The notes under the pieces were generated by a model. It saw nothing but the letters and a program-made list of their open reading frames with translations. It searched no databases and was not told the origin of the DNA. From NCBI RefSeq assembly GCF_032444005.1, contig NC_091285.1, forward strand, positions 531,340,001 through 531,404,000: DNA of 64,000 nucleotides, given 5' to 3'. Positions 1-10,700 of this stretch are shown here, piece by piece. A program made the translations under genes and the position numbers. This stretch comes from Ranitomeya imitator (lineage: Eukaryota). Position 1 is the stretch's first letter. Each line of letters starts with the position of its first letter.

Positions 1-647
1 GGATATTTCCTTGACTTTCCTTTCTTGGAAAGTCGTATTTTTAGTGGCCTTAACTTCCATAAGGCGGGTATCAGAACTGTCAGCCCTGTCCTGTCGTACT
101 CCCTTTCTACGTTTTCTTCAGGACAAGGTAGTACTCGGACCAGTACCTTCCTTTTTGCCGAAGGTTGTTTCCTCGTTCCATTTTAATGAGGATATAGTTC
201 TTCCTTCTTTTTGCCTGGCGCCTACGCACCGTGTATAAAAAAAAAAAAAAGCTCTCCATACGTTGGACCTGGTGAGAGCGCTAAGGAGATACATTTCCCG
301 TCAGGCTCCTTTCCGTCAGACGGATGCTCAGTTTGTCCTCCCAGAGGGTCGCAGGAAGGGATGCGCGGCCTCAATATCTACCCTGGCCAGGTGGATACGT
401 GCGGCCATTCTGGAGGCCTATCGCACCAAGGGCATGATGGTTCCGGCTGGAATCAAAGCTCACTCCACTAGAGCAGTGGGGGGCTTCCTGGGCGATTCGG
501 CATCAGGCCTCAGCAGAACAGGTTTGCAAAGCTGCAACCTGGTCTAGTTTGCATACCTTTGTCAAACATTATAACGTCCTCTCCCAGATCTCTGCAGATG
601 CAAGTCTGAGTAGAAGGATTCTTCAAGCGGCGGTAACGCTCTTATAG
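1..647 (+). pseudogene. DIRS tyrosine recombinase C-terminal region, frameshifted
   Basis: ORF 263-547 gives DLVRALRRY...LARWIRAAI...KAHSTR. After a frameshift near the G-run at ~480 another frame gives ASWAIRHQASAEQVCKAATWSSLHTFVKHY, i.e. the HxxR and HY catalytic motifs of DIRS YR. Confidence 0.85.
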
Positions 648-714
648 ACAACAGTGGTCTGGATAATTATTATTGGTGAGTTAATTTCCCACCCAGGGAC
701 TGCTTTAGGACATC

Positions 715-1027
715 CCACAGTCCTGTGTCCCCCAATGAGGCGAAGGAGAAATAGGGATTTTTGTGTTAGGGTATGTGTCCACGTTCAGGATTGCATCAGG
801 ATTTGGTCAGGATTTTTCATCAGTATTTGTAAGCCAAAACCAGGAGTGGGTGATAAATGCAAAAGTGGAGCATATGTTTCTATTATACTTTTCCTCTAAT
901 TGTTCCACTCCTGGTTTTGGCTTACAAATACTGATGAAAAATCCTGACCAAATCCTGATGCAATCCTGAACATGGACACATACCCTTACTCACCGTAAAA
1001 TCCTTTTCTCCGAGACGCTCATTGGGG
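715..1027. other. DIRS internal complementary region (ICR), interrupted by a MITE
   Basis: Removing 769-988 restores aatagggatttttgtgttactcaccgtaaaatccttttctccgagacgctcattgggggacacag, which is complementary to the element's right end. Confidence 0.85.
769..985. mobile_element. PIF/Harbinger-type MITE (217 bp)
   Basis: TIRs gggtatgtgtccacgttcaggatt / aatcctgaacatggacacataccc. TTA duplicated at 766-768 and 986-988. Confidence 0.92.
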
Positions 1028-1359
1028 GACACAGCTCCCTCCCTGGTGGCTACTGTCTTTTTGTATCTGATATTATCAGTGAGGTTTTTTCTAGACTTAA
1101 GTTTTCTGTATTTATGCTGATAATATTATTTTTACTTCTCCTACTGCTTTTGCACCAAACTGGATTCTCTGGTAGCCAGTGTCAGGGTGTACACGACAGA
1201 GGAGGAGCTAACTTTTTTTTATGTCTACTTAGTGTCAGCCTCCTGGCGGCAGAAGCATACACCCACAGTCCTGTGTCCCCCAATGAGCGTCTCGGAGAAA
1301 AGGATTTTACGGTGAGTAACACAAAAATCCCTATTTCGCCCTCATTGCCAGACTAGATT

Positions 1360-1835
1360 CTACAATTCCGGCCACTGTCGCTTTATGAGGTAATGACTGT
1401 GGAACGCTTCATCCTGGGATTGTTTTTTTTATTTTGTTTTTTTTTTATGACACATTGTACTTCATGATAGAGGTAAAGTGTCTTCAATATGATTTGCGTT
1501 TTGTGAAAAAATCTAAAATTTGGCAAAAAAATTTTAATTTTCAAACTTTTCTGTCCTTAAATCAGGCATGACACAAAATAGTTAAATAACCTTTCACCCC
1601 TGTATATTCTACATGAGCACAATTTTTTAAAACTAATTTTTTTTGTTAGGCAGGTAGAAGGGTTAAAAGTTGGACAGCGATTTCTCATTTTTACAACACC
1701 CATTTTTTTTTTTTTTTAAGGACCACATCACATTTGAAGTGTCTATATGACAGAAAAAACCCAAAGTGACACAATTCTAAAAACTGCACCACTCAAGGTG
1801 CTCAAAACTACATTCAAGAAGTTTATTAACCTTTC
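1360..1835 (+). mobile_element. Fragment of the TTAA/piggyBac-like non-autonomous family found at 15784-21186
   Basis: Colinear similarity to ~15830-16350 (ttatgaggtaat...ggaccacatcacatttgaag...ccactcaaggtgctcaaaac...aagtttattaacc). Confidence 0.7.
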
Positions 1836-1896
1836 ACTACGTGGAGCACACTGCTGCGCTTCTCCAGTCTTAGGGTATGTGTCCACGTTCAGGATT

Positions 1897-3688
1897 TTAC
1901 TCAGGTAAAATCCTGACCAAATCTGCACCTGAGGTCACTGGCAGGTCACCTGCGTTGTCCTTGCGTTGTTTCTGCAATGTAAGGACATGCTGTGTTCTGA
2001 AAAGAAAACATGGGGAAGACATTGGGATTTGGGTCGGGATGGGAATTGGGACAGAAGTGGCTGTGTGGGGAGGTGTGGATGTTGGAGGGGCTTCGGAGCT
2101 GACCTGCACTAGAGCAGTATGCCGGCATTGCATTACCCGCATCTGCTGGTCAAGAGTTAGCTTTTCCATGCTCCTGAGCATGGATTGCAAAAAAAGGTTG
2201 CTTGGAGCTTGACTTGCATCTGAATGCAGCCTATCCAAGCGACTGCTGTGTTCACTCATGCGTGTTTGCATCATGTTGAACCCAGCAGTCACTTGCTCTC
2301 CCAAAATTTTGAAAGGGCTTTGGAAAGATGCATTCAGATGCAAGAACTCAGGAGCATAGCTCCTTTCCTGACCACTCTGTCGCTGCCGCCACGAACCTAA
2401 TGGTGGTGTAGAGGTTGCAGGATCGGAGGGGTGGGGTAAAGGGAACGCTAACTGTTGACCAGCAGCTTCAAGTAACGAAGGCTGCGATGATGCTCCAGTG
2501 CTGGTGGCGGTGGAAGTGGATGGGGCAGAGGTACCGGAAGGGTCAGACGAGGGGTGGAGTCTACCGACGTGGCCCTCGGTGGCGGACTCCTGAGAGATCG
2601 CTCCAGAGGGATCCAAGGTAGATGCAGGCTCCCGATGGTGCTGTGAAAAAGGAAAAAAAAATTAAGTTATTGATAGGAAAAAGCCCTGCCTGAAACCAAA
2701 AAAGTTAGACAGGTAAACCTGGTGATTTATTCAATGGCCTGTAGAATACTTACGTTCTACTCAGCATTGTTTCCCGGAGGAAGGACAGGGCACGGCTGTG
2801 TTTATACCGAGTCCTTCGTCCTGCTGAGCCATTCGGGGCCTGCATCTCCTGGTTAAACTCCCTCTTGAAGCGATCCCTGCGTGACCGCCACCGCTTCCTA
2901 ACCCTTTCACCTGTAAAGACAAAGAAATTAAAGCAAGTGTTAATTACAAAACACATTCCGTTCAGCTCAAAACATAACTGTAAAGTGAATACTTACATTC
3001 TTGAGTCTGCTGCCTTGGCGCAAGGTCCTCCCACATCGGCAATACGTTTTGGCAGACTTCCTCCCAGAGCCGACGGGTCACATACGTATCAGCATGCCTG
3101 CGGTCAGCCATATTCCACAGCGAATCCCGCTCGCGGACCTCCTCGATGAGGCGGTCCACATCGATCCCGATGTCCTCACCATCTGAGTCGGGAGCACGCT
3201 GTGAAGACTGTGAAAATAAAAAATAAAAAACAAATTAATACACTGAAGCACAAAACTACCAAGAGAAAAAAAACAGCAAACTCACTGCTGGCTGACCATG
3301 GCAGTGATGACGCCGACTCTGGGAGCGGCTGGGAGGACATTCATGGCGTTGGCCAGAATGTGCAGCAGACTAAAAAAAAAAAAAAAAAGAATTATGTTTG
3401 ATGTAGGCATATGTTGTATGTGTACTGTGATGTATGATGAAGTGTTTGTATGTGTTGGGTGCTCTGTGATGTGTGAAGCAACTGTTTCGGCACAACTTGC
3501 GCCCACTCCTTGTATTTCTCCACCCATCTCGTCTCCTTCTGAGAGGCCCCCGGCTGCTTCAGCTTCCTGTGAAAACATAATGCATATAGTGATTACCCGA
3601 AATTTTAACTATAGCACCAAAACCTTAAAAAATTTAAAATTACCGCAACACGCTGTCGCTGTGGAGGAGGGCTCCCAGAAGAAGACAT
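1897..3688 (-). pseudogene. Harbinger-associated MADF (Myb/SANT-like) DNA-binding protein gene, about 6 exons, probably frameshifted
   Basis: Exons with GT-AG boundaries: 3688-3644 (MSSSGSPPPQRQRVA), 3566-~3500 (donor unresolved), 3369-3286, 3207-2997, 2910-2754 and 2640-1897. Exons 3-5 join in frame and give IDVDRLIEEVRERDSLW...LWEEVC...VRKRWRSRRDRFKRE. The last exon needs a 1-nt shift near 2635. Confidence 0.8.
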
Positions 3689-3694
3689 TTTGTT

Positions 3695-4110
3695 GTCCCT
3701 GGTAGCTTTAGTCTGGGTAGGCGGCTGTGGTCCCTGGTGGCTCTGCAAGTATAAAGACCCTTGTAATCTACTATACACATTGAAATTGAAGCTTTAGGGT
3801 CTTTAATACTTACAGCAGCAAAGCTGCTTTCTCCCTGCTGGAATATTTTCAGGCGGCTGTGGTCCCTGGTGGCTTTAGTCTGGGTAAGCAGCTGTGGTCC
3901 CTGGTGCCTTTAGTCCGGGTAGGCGGCTGTGGTCCCTGGTGGCTCTGCAAGTATAAAGACCCTTGTAATCTACTATACACATTGAAATTGAAGCTTTAGG
4001 GTCTTTAATACTTACATCAGCAAAGCGGCTTGCTCCCTGCTGGATTATTTCCAGGCGGCTGTGGTCCCTGGTGGCTTTAGTCCGGGTAGGCAGCTGTTGT
4101 CCCTGGTGGC
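3695..4110. repeat. Composite tandem repeat upstream of the MADF start (~200-bp unit x2 with ~35-bp subunits)
   Basis: Recurrent ggcggctgtggtccctggtggct and ctttagtc(t/c)gggtag. The block ctgcaagtataaagaccc...atacttaca occurs twice. Confidence 0.85.
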
Positions 4111-4719
4111 TCTGCAAATATAAAGAATTTATCGTTAGAACCACCCCCCAAACTAGCTAATGTAAAAGATTTACTAACCACCCTGCTGAAATTATCTGAG
4201 CAGTGTTCATGCAGGCCAACAGCAAAAGTTTTTAGACATAAACCCCCCCAAAAATATACCCAAGGCACACCAGTCTGAGCTGGATTCCCTACTGCAATAG
4301 TATGTGCAAGCTGTAAAACCATTTTCCCCAACCCCCGAAAAAAAAAAAAAATACCCTCTTGTAAAATTGAAATGCCTACACACCAGTTCAAATGTATTGA
4401 TCACAAATGTGATTTGAAAAAATCCCTTTAAAAAATAAAATTTTCCTTTTAAAAATGTTAGATAACCTTTTATCTTAAACAATACACCCTAAACCAACTC
4501 GGTATTGCATGTGTGGCCATTTGTACATACACCAGGTTAAAATTTACCTTTGTGAAATGATACTACGGACATTTTTAAGAAAATTTTTATTAATTCTTTT
4601 TTAATTTTCTTTTTTTTTTTTACCATCACAATTAGGAGCTACAATGCTCTTTATTTTAAATACAAGTACATCAACTGGAAATGTTTCCAACAAGAAAAAA
4701 AAAATTGAAAGAAAAAAAA

Positions 4720-5345
4720 CCAAACACACGCAAGACACATGCTCACACACTGAAACCACATGCTGCACAGACCACACTACTTGGTAAATACATCACATTA
4801 CTAAATAAAAATGTACGTGCACTCACCCATTCGCACGGACGCATGCAACCGCAATCACCCAGAAGCATGCACGAAAGCACACAGGCGCATGCACAACAAA
4901 TGCAGACACACAAAAGCACATAGGCGCAGGCATAATGCACGCACACAGCCGTACGCAAACACACACAAAAGCACACCGGCTTATGCAAACACACAGATGC
5001 ACAAAAGCACACAGGTGGACAAAAACACACAAAGACGAACACAGACACGCACACAAAAATGGCAGGACACACACTGTCTGGATGCTGGCAGGCCTGAGGC
5101 TGGAGCTGGACGCTGGCTCGCTTCACAGTAGCAGGCCTCAGGCTGGAGCTGGACTCTGGCAGGACGCTGGCTGGTGCAGGACGATGGCAGGCCTCTGGCT
5201 GTATTCAGGTTTAGCTCTGGCTGTATTCAGTACGTCATACAGACACAAACACATGCACACACAGACACACGCAAAAATGGCAGTACTCACACTGGCTGGC
5301 AGGCCTCTAGCTTGATGCTGGCTTCTGGCAGCACAGTCAGGCCTC
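4720..5345. repeat. CA-rich low-complexity sequence and short ctggc repeats
   Basis: Degenerate (CA)n-like runs and repeated gctggcaggcct / ggctctggctg motifs. Confidence 0.7.
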
Positions 5346-5360
5346 TGGCTGCATAGGTTT

Positions 5361-6249
5361 TGTGGCACCCCTAGGGGTATTTGCCACAAAAATAGTTACT
5401 GACAGTAAATGCAAATACTAAAATAGCAAGACTGCACTACCACCTCCGGCCAGAAGGGGGAGCTCCAGAGACTCCCCTTGATCCATTCTGGTCTGAGAGA
5501 AGAACTGGCAGTTGGGCTAAGGAGCTGAAAGTGAGAGGTCATACAACTGAATTTCTAACAGCCCTGTGACTGTTACCAGGCCTAAATCACCGGCCTGAGG
5601 AGAAGAGGGATAGAGAAAAAGGACATTGTGAGAACCGGGTAGCATTAATCACTACCCAGAACAGGCGCAAAGACGGATACCGGATCCGTGGCTGTATTCA
5701 TTACATATAATACAGCAACCGGAAAAACGTGAGGTGATATCAGCTTCACTAGGGTCGGACGCAGCAACAGACACAGAGTTCAGCGGTACTCCTGGAGGGG
5801 GTAAGCCGATAAAAGGACTCGGGTTGCCCGTCGAACCAGGACCCGGAGGGGACAGATTGGGCCGGCAGCCAGTTCACATACAGCAGCAGGGCCACACAGA
5901 TATTGCGTACAATAAGAGGCGAAGACCCCGGCAGGGTCAAAGTAACTCAGAGTTCCCATACAGACTCCGGTGACAGGACTGGTTGTAAATCCTTTTTTGT
6001 TAAAGTAAACTGGTTAAACGTTTCAGTGCCTCAGTCTTTCATTTGGACAATAGCCATCTATCCAGGATTGGGATCATCACCGCTGGGAGAACCTGCTGCT
6101 GATCAAGTAAGTACCTGTTCCCTCACGATACCCTTTACATTGTGCATTGCCTGAGGCCACAGCACCGGGTCAAGCCACCCGTGACACCCCCCTCAACAGA
6201 CAGACCCCATTGGTCCGGTGCTGGGTACCCCGGTCTCTTGGGCGTCACA
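5361..6249 (+). repeat. 5' LTR
   Basis: tgtggcaccc...ggcgtcaca; direct repeat of 12376-13264. Confidence 0.98.
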
Positions 6250-6251
6250 AT

Positions 6252-6269
6252 TGGCGTCACGAACAGGAT
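6252..6269 (+). promoter_or_regulatory. Primer-binding site, probably tRNA-Ser(CGA)
   Basis: TGGCGTCACGAACAGGAT lies 2 nt after the LTR. As I recall it, vertebrate tRNA-Ser(CGA) ends ATCCTGTTCGTGACG-CCA; this needs a GtRNAdb check. Confidence 0.8.
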
Positions 6270-6719
6270 CTAGCCAGCCCGTATACCGGGTATTGTGTGC
6301 CGTGATTGGAGCCCAAAACTGTGAAAACTTGGATGAAAAATCTTGAAAATTTACTTTATTAAAGAAAAATCCATTCTCCATTGAAAACTATTGAAAGTGA
6401 CTTTTCCCCATTGGTTATAATGGAGTAAAGATGGCCGCCATCCCCTGAGGTAATCACTTCATAACCGTTAGGCACGAGACTGTTAATTGAGCTACGCCAT
6501 CACCTGAGCCCCAGTCTAACTGAAAAACTTCAGAATCCGCCATTACAGAGCGCGGTGAGTGGGAGCAGCAGGGGGCGTGTCATTGTGGGCGGCACCAAGC
6601 TGAGCGCTCTGACATCAGAGCAAGGGGAAAATCGATCCTGCTGCACAGCGGAACGAATCTACACTATCCCGACGGAAGCGGAGGACCGGAAGGGTCCGGA
6701 TTAACTAAGGGGGCACAGT

Positions 6720-7760
6720 ATGTCGCAGCACGGAGACGCCGCAGCACCCGGCGACGCTAATGCAGCTGAAAGACAGAGTGTCGATAGAGAGTCCGGTAGC
6801 GCAGCGGTGCAAGGAGTGGCGCCCATCATGCCGGTGCTGATGCCATATACCCCGGGTGGCCCATGGCTTCCAATGTATGAAGGTGAGCCTAATACCCTTG
6901 ACGATTTCAGAGAAAAGATGCTGGCCCATTTTGACATGTTCCCTGTGGGTGAAGTTCAGCGTGTTAGTCTCCTGATGATGCAGTTAAGTGGCCATGCTAA
7001 GCGAGAAGTCACAGCATGGGCAGCTGATCTAAAAGGCACTGTTGAACGCATATTTGCTGGATTAAAAGCTACATTTTAAACCACTGCCAGCAGCAAAGCT
7101 AAAGTACGATTCTTTAATTGCAAACAAAAAGTTAATGAGGGCGTGAGAGACTTTGCCTTAAACCTGCAGGAAGCCCTTAAATCACTTACACTGGCTGAAC
7201 CCATTTTTAACACCGGAGCGGATAAACTGCTAAGAGATCAATTTATTGAGGGACTCTACACCCCTTCTCACCGGGGGCATGTAAGCATGCTTGTTTTTAA
7301 GAACCCTGAATTGACATTTGCCCAATTAAAGGAGAGCGTTATACTTCTCCAGCTGGCAGAGGCACCTCGGGATCAGGATCCTGCGCAACTCATGGCAGAG
7401 GCTCCTCAACAACATGGAGTACCAGTGACATCAGCTATGTCCGGGGCCATTGCTAAGCCCCTGGGGCCCAGTACTAATGAGGCTCTTCAACAAAAGCTTG
7501 ACTCTTTAACTGATGTTGTTGCTTCAATGGCTAAAACCATGCAGGAGATGAGAGGACCCAAGATGGAGTTGTCAAACCGTAGAGAAGGTGTTCCATGGAT
7601 GAGACCCCGGAGATACCCGACATGGAGAGGACGACCCCGCGACCGCTACCAACCGGATGGACAGCCCATTTGCCGCCGTTGCCAGCAGCCAGGCCACTTT
7701 GCACGAGATTGTGATTTAAACGGGAATCCCCTGGGAATGCGGGCCGCTTCGCAGGAATGA
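6720..7760 (+). pseudogene. gag: Gypsy gag (PNMA-like) with CCHC zinc knuckle and one in-frame stop
   Basis: ORFs 6720-7079 and 7143-7760 are in the same frame, separated only by TAA 7077-7079. Knuckle CRRCQQPGHFARDC fits CX2CX4HX4C. Confidence 0.9.
7715..7721 (+). other. -1 ribosomal frameshift slippery heptamer T_TTA_AAC linking gag to pol
   Basis: In phase with gag (GAT TTA AAC). The -1 frame reads TTT AAA CGG...GGA ATG without a stop into pol at 7757. Confidence 0.8.
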
Positions 7761-10700
7761 ACTTTCAAGGCCCAACACCCTGGCACGACAGGTACATCGG
7801 AGGACGACCCATTATCCCTATCGTGCTGGACGGAATTCCCCTCAACGCTTTGCTGGACACAGGTTCCCAGATTTCATCTATACCGTATATCCTTTATAAG
7901 AGGTACTGGGCTGATGCAGATATTGATAAAGGGCCCTCTGATGTTGAACTAGATATATGGGCCAGTAATGGTAAGTTGGTACCGAAACTAGGATTCAGGG
8001 AGATGACCATAAAGATTGGTAAAGTAGAATTGAAGAAACAGGGTATAAATGTTGTTGATGTTGACCGGCGGAACTGTGAACCAACTGTATTGATAGGAAT
8101 GAATGTGTTAGAGAACTGCTTTTCCGAAGTCATTTCTGTCTTACAGCAAATTGCTGAAACTGCCCAATCCTGCCAGCAGAGAGTTCTCCGGAGGGAAATA
8201 AAAGTATTGATGTTAAGGCAACAGGTCGAAGTTGCAGGTGGAGAAATCGGCAGTGTGAGGGTAAGTGATCCAACATCTATTGTAATCCCACCAAAAACAG
8301 AAATGCTGGTATGGTGTAGAGCAGCCATTGGTACTAAGGGACGAGATTATCAAGCCTTAATAGAACCAGTGTACACCGACAGCAGGCCCACTATACTCAC
8401 AGCACGAGGGATAGTCGAGGTACACCGGGGACGAGTGCCGGTACGACTTTTGAACTGTGGAGAGGAAGAGGTCACTTTGCCAAGGTATGCTACAATGGCA
8501 AAGCTATATACTGTTGACAACAATGCCATCACAACCATTGAGCCCTTAGAACCAACCTGTCAGGTGGAAGGCAATGGCTCAGATGGAGAAATGGAGGATT
8601 GGTGCCAACAGCTACACGTGGGCATAAATTCAACACCTACCCATCAAAAACAAGGGGTGTATAGGCTAGTGACGGAATATGAACAAGTCTTCAGTAAACA
8701 CCCATTGGACTTCGGACGGATAGAAGGGGTAGAACACACAATCCCCACCAGTGACCATCCCCCAATAAAAGAAAGATATAGACCCATACCGCCCGCTCAC
8801 TATCAATGTGCAAAAGATATGCTGAGGGAGATGAAACAGGCCGGGGTAATAAGAGACAGCTGTAGCCCCTGGGCGGCCCCTCTAGTGATTGTCAAAAAAA
8901 AGGACGGAACCATGAGAATGTGCGTAGACTACCGGAAGATTAATAACATCACCCATAAAGACGCCTACCCCTTGCCTAGGATAGAAGAGTCCTTAACTGC
9001 TTTGAAATCTGCTAATTATTTTTCCACCTTAGACTTAACAAGCGGGTATTGGCAAGTCCCTGTGGCTGAGCGAGATAAGGAAAAGACGGCATTCACCACA
9101 CCAATGGGTCTATGTGAATTTAATCGCATGCCGTTCGGACTCTGCAACGCATCCGGTACCTTCCAGCGGCTGATGGAATGCTGCCTCGGACACAAGAACT
9201 TCGAGACCGTCCTCCTGTACCTAGATGATGTGATCGTCTACTCAAAGACTTACGAACAACACTTAATAGACCTGGCAGAAGTGTTCGAAGCCTTATCCAG
9301 GTATGGCATGAAAGTCAAGCCATCCAAATGTCACCTTCTCAAGCCAAAGGTACAGTACCTGGGACACATCGTGAGTTCGGAGGGAGTAGCACCAGATCCT
9401 GAGAAAATAAGCGCCATAAGGGATTGGCCAAGACCTACCAGCGCAAAAGAAGTGAGACAATTCCTGGGATTGGTGGGTTACTATCGCAGATTTATAAAAG
9501 GATTTACCAAGTTGGCAGCACCCTTGCAAGACACCTTGGTAGGGCAGACGAAGAAACCTTCAAACCGAAACCCTCCTTTTCAGTGGAACGACGAAAGGGA
9601 AGACTCCTTTGAACAACTAAAGAAGGCACTAACCGGAGAAGAGGTTCTGGCATACCCAGATTACCATCAACCTTTCATCCTCTACACCGATGCCAGTAAT
9701 GTGGGACTAGGAGCGGTGCTGTCACAAAAGCAAGAAGGTCGGGAGAAAGTCATCGCCTTTGCAAGTAGAAAGCTCCGGCCTACTGAAAGAAATTCAGAAA
9801 ATTACAGCTCCTTCAAATTGGAACTACTGGCAGTAGTTTGGGCTGTGACTGAACGTTTCAAACACTATCTGGCCGCTGCAGAATTTATTGTCTATACTGA
9901 CAACAATCCGTTGACCCACCTGGACACAGCCAAATTAGGTGCGTTAGAACAGCGATGGATAGCCCGGTTATCTAATTACAACTTCAAGATCAAGTATCGA
10001 GCAGGTCGCAAGAATGGAAATGCCGATGCCCTATCCCGGATGCCACACTTGAGAGATGTAGAAGAAGAAATGGGGGAGCTTGAAGAAATTGAACTACCAG
10101 CCTTCCATCATCCCAAGGCAAAACATCATCAGTCAAGTACCTATCAGAAACAACAAGAGGTGAATTTAAATCCGTTAGCACACCATAGATGGGCTGACAC
10201 CCAAGACAGCAATCCGGCTGTGAAGTTGGTGAAGGAACTGTTAACTGAGCAAAGTGCATATCCCGATGAGGATGCCCCAGAAGAGACGCATCAACTCTGG
10301 AAAGAGAGAGGCAAAATGTTCCTGTATCAAGGGAAGCTCTGTAGAAGGTACACCAATCCGAAAACACATGAATTGGTTTGGCAGATTATCGTGCCTAAAC
10401 AAGATGTCAAGATGGTCCTCGAAGCTTACCATAATGGTGCTGGTCACTTCGGTTGGAAAAAGTTAGAAGTACTTCTAAGAGAAAGATTTTATTGGGTCGG
10501 GATGAGAAAATCAATCGAACAGTGGTGCAGAAATTGTGGCCCGTGCAACCTCAGAAGAAACGATCAAAAGAACCAAAGAGCACCACTGCAGCCCATAATC
10601 ACCAAACAACCACTTGAACTTGTAGCCATGGACCACGTGAAGTTGACACCAAGCCGGTCTGGCTATGTCTATGCCTTGACCATCGTGGACCATTATTCAC

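Larger units (their letters stand above)
1..1336 (+). mobile_element. 3' part of a DIRS1-like tyrosine-recombinase retrotransposon (YR C-terminus, ICR, right terminal repeat)
   Basis: YR-like translation. The segment 751-1027 (minus the MITE) is the reverse complement of the right end 1271-1334 (ctgtgtcccccaatgagcgtctcggagaaaaggattttacggtgagtaacacaaaaatccctatt), which is the hallmark DIRS ICR arrangement. Confidence 0.9.
1873..4110 (-). mobile_element. Harbinger-like element carrying a MADF/Myb gene; only one terminus found, other boundary approximate
   Basis: TTA at 1870-1872 followed by the same 24-bp TIR as the MITE at 769. A spliced MADF gene lies inside. No DDE nuclease ORF and no second TIR seen. 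Confidence 0.75.

Noticed and set aside
4681-5315. Cys/Val- and His/Thr-rich ORFs
   Set aside because: These are translations of CA/TG low-complexity DNA.
5734-6154. ORFs repeated at 12749-13169
   Set aside because: They lie inside the LTRs and have no domain signature; the identity reflects LTR duplication.
7077-7079. Programmed readthrough of the gag TAA (and pol TAG 11498)
   Set aside because: The contexts (TAA-A, TAG-G) are not recognised leaky contexts and the gag stop is mid-domain. Point mutation is simpler.
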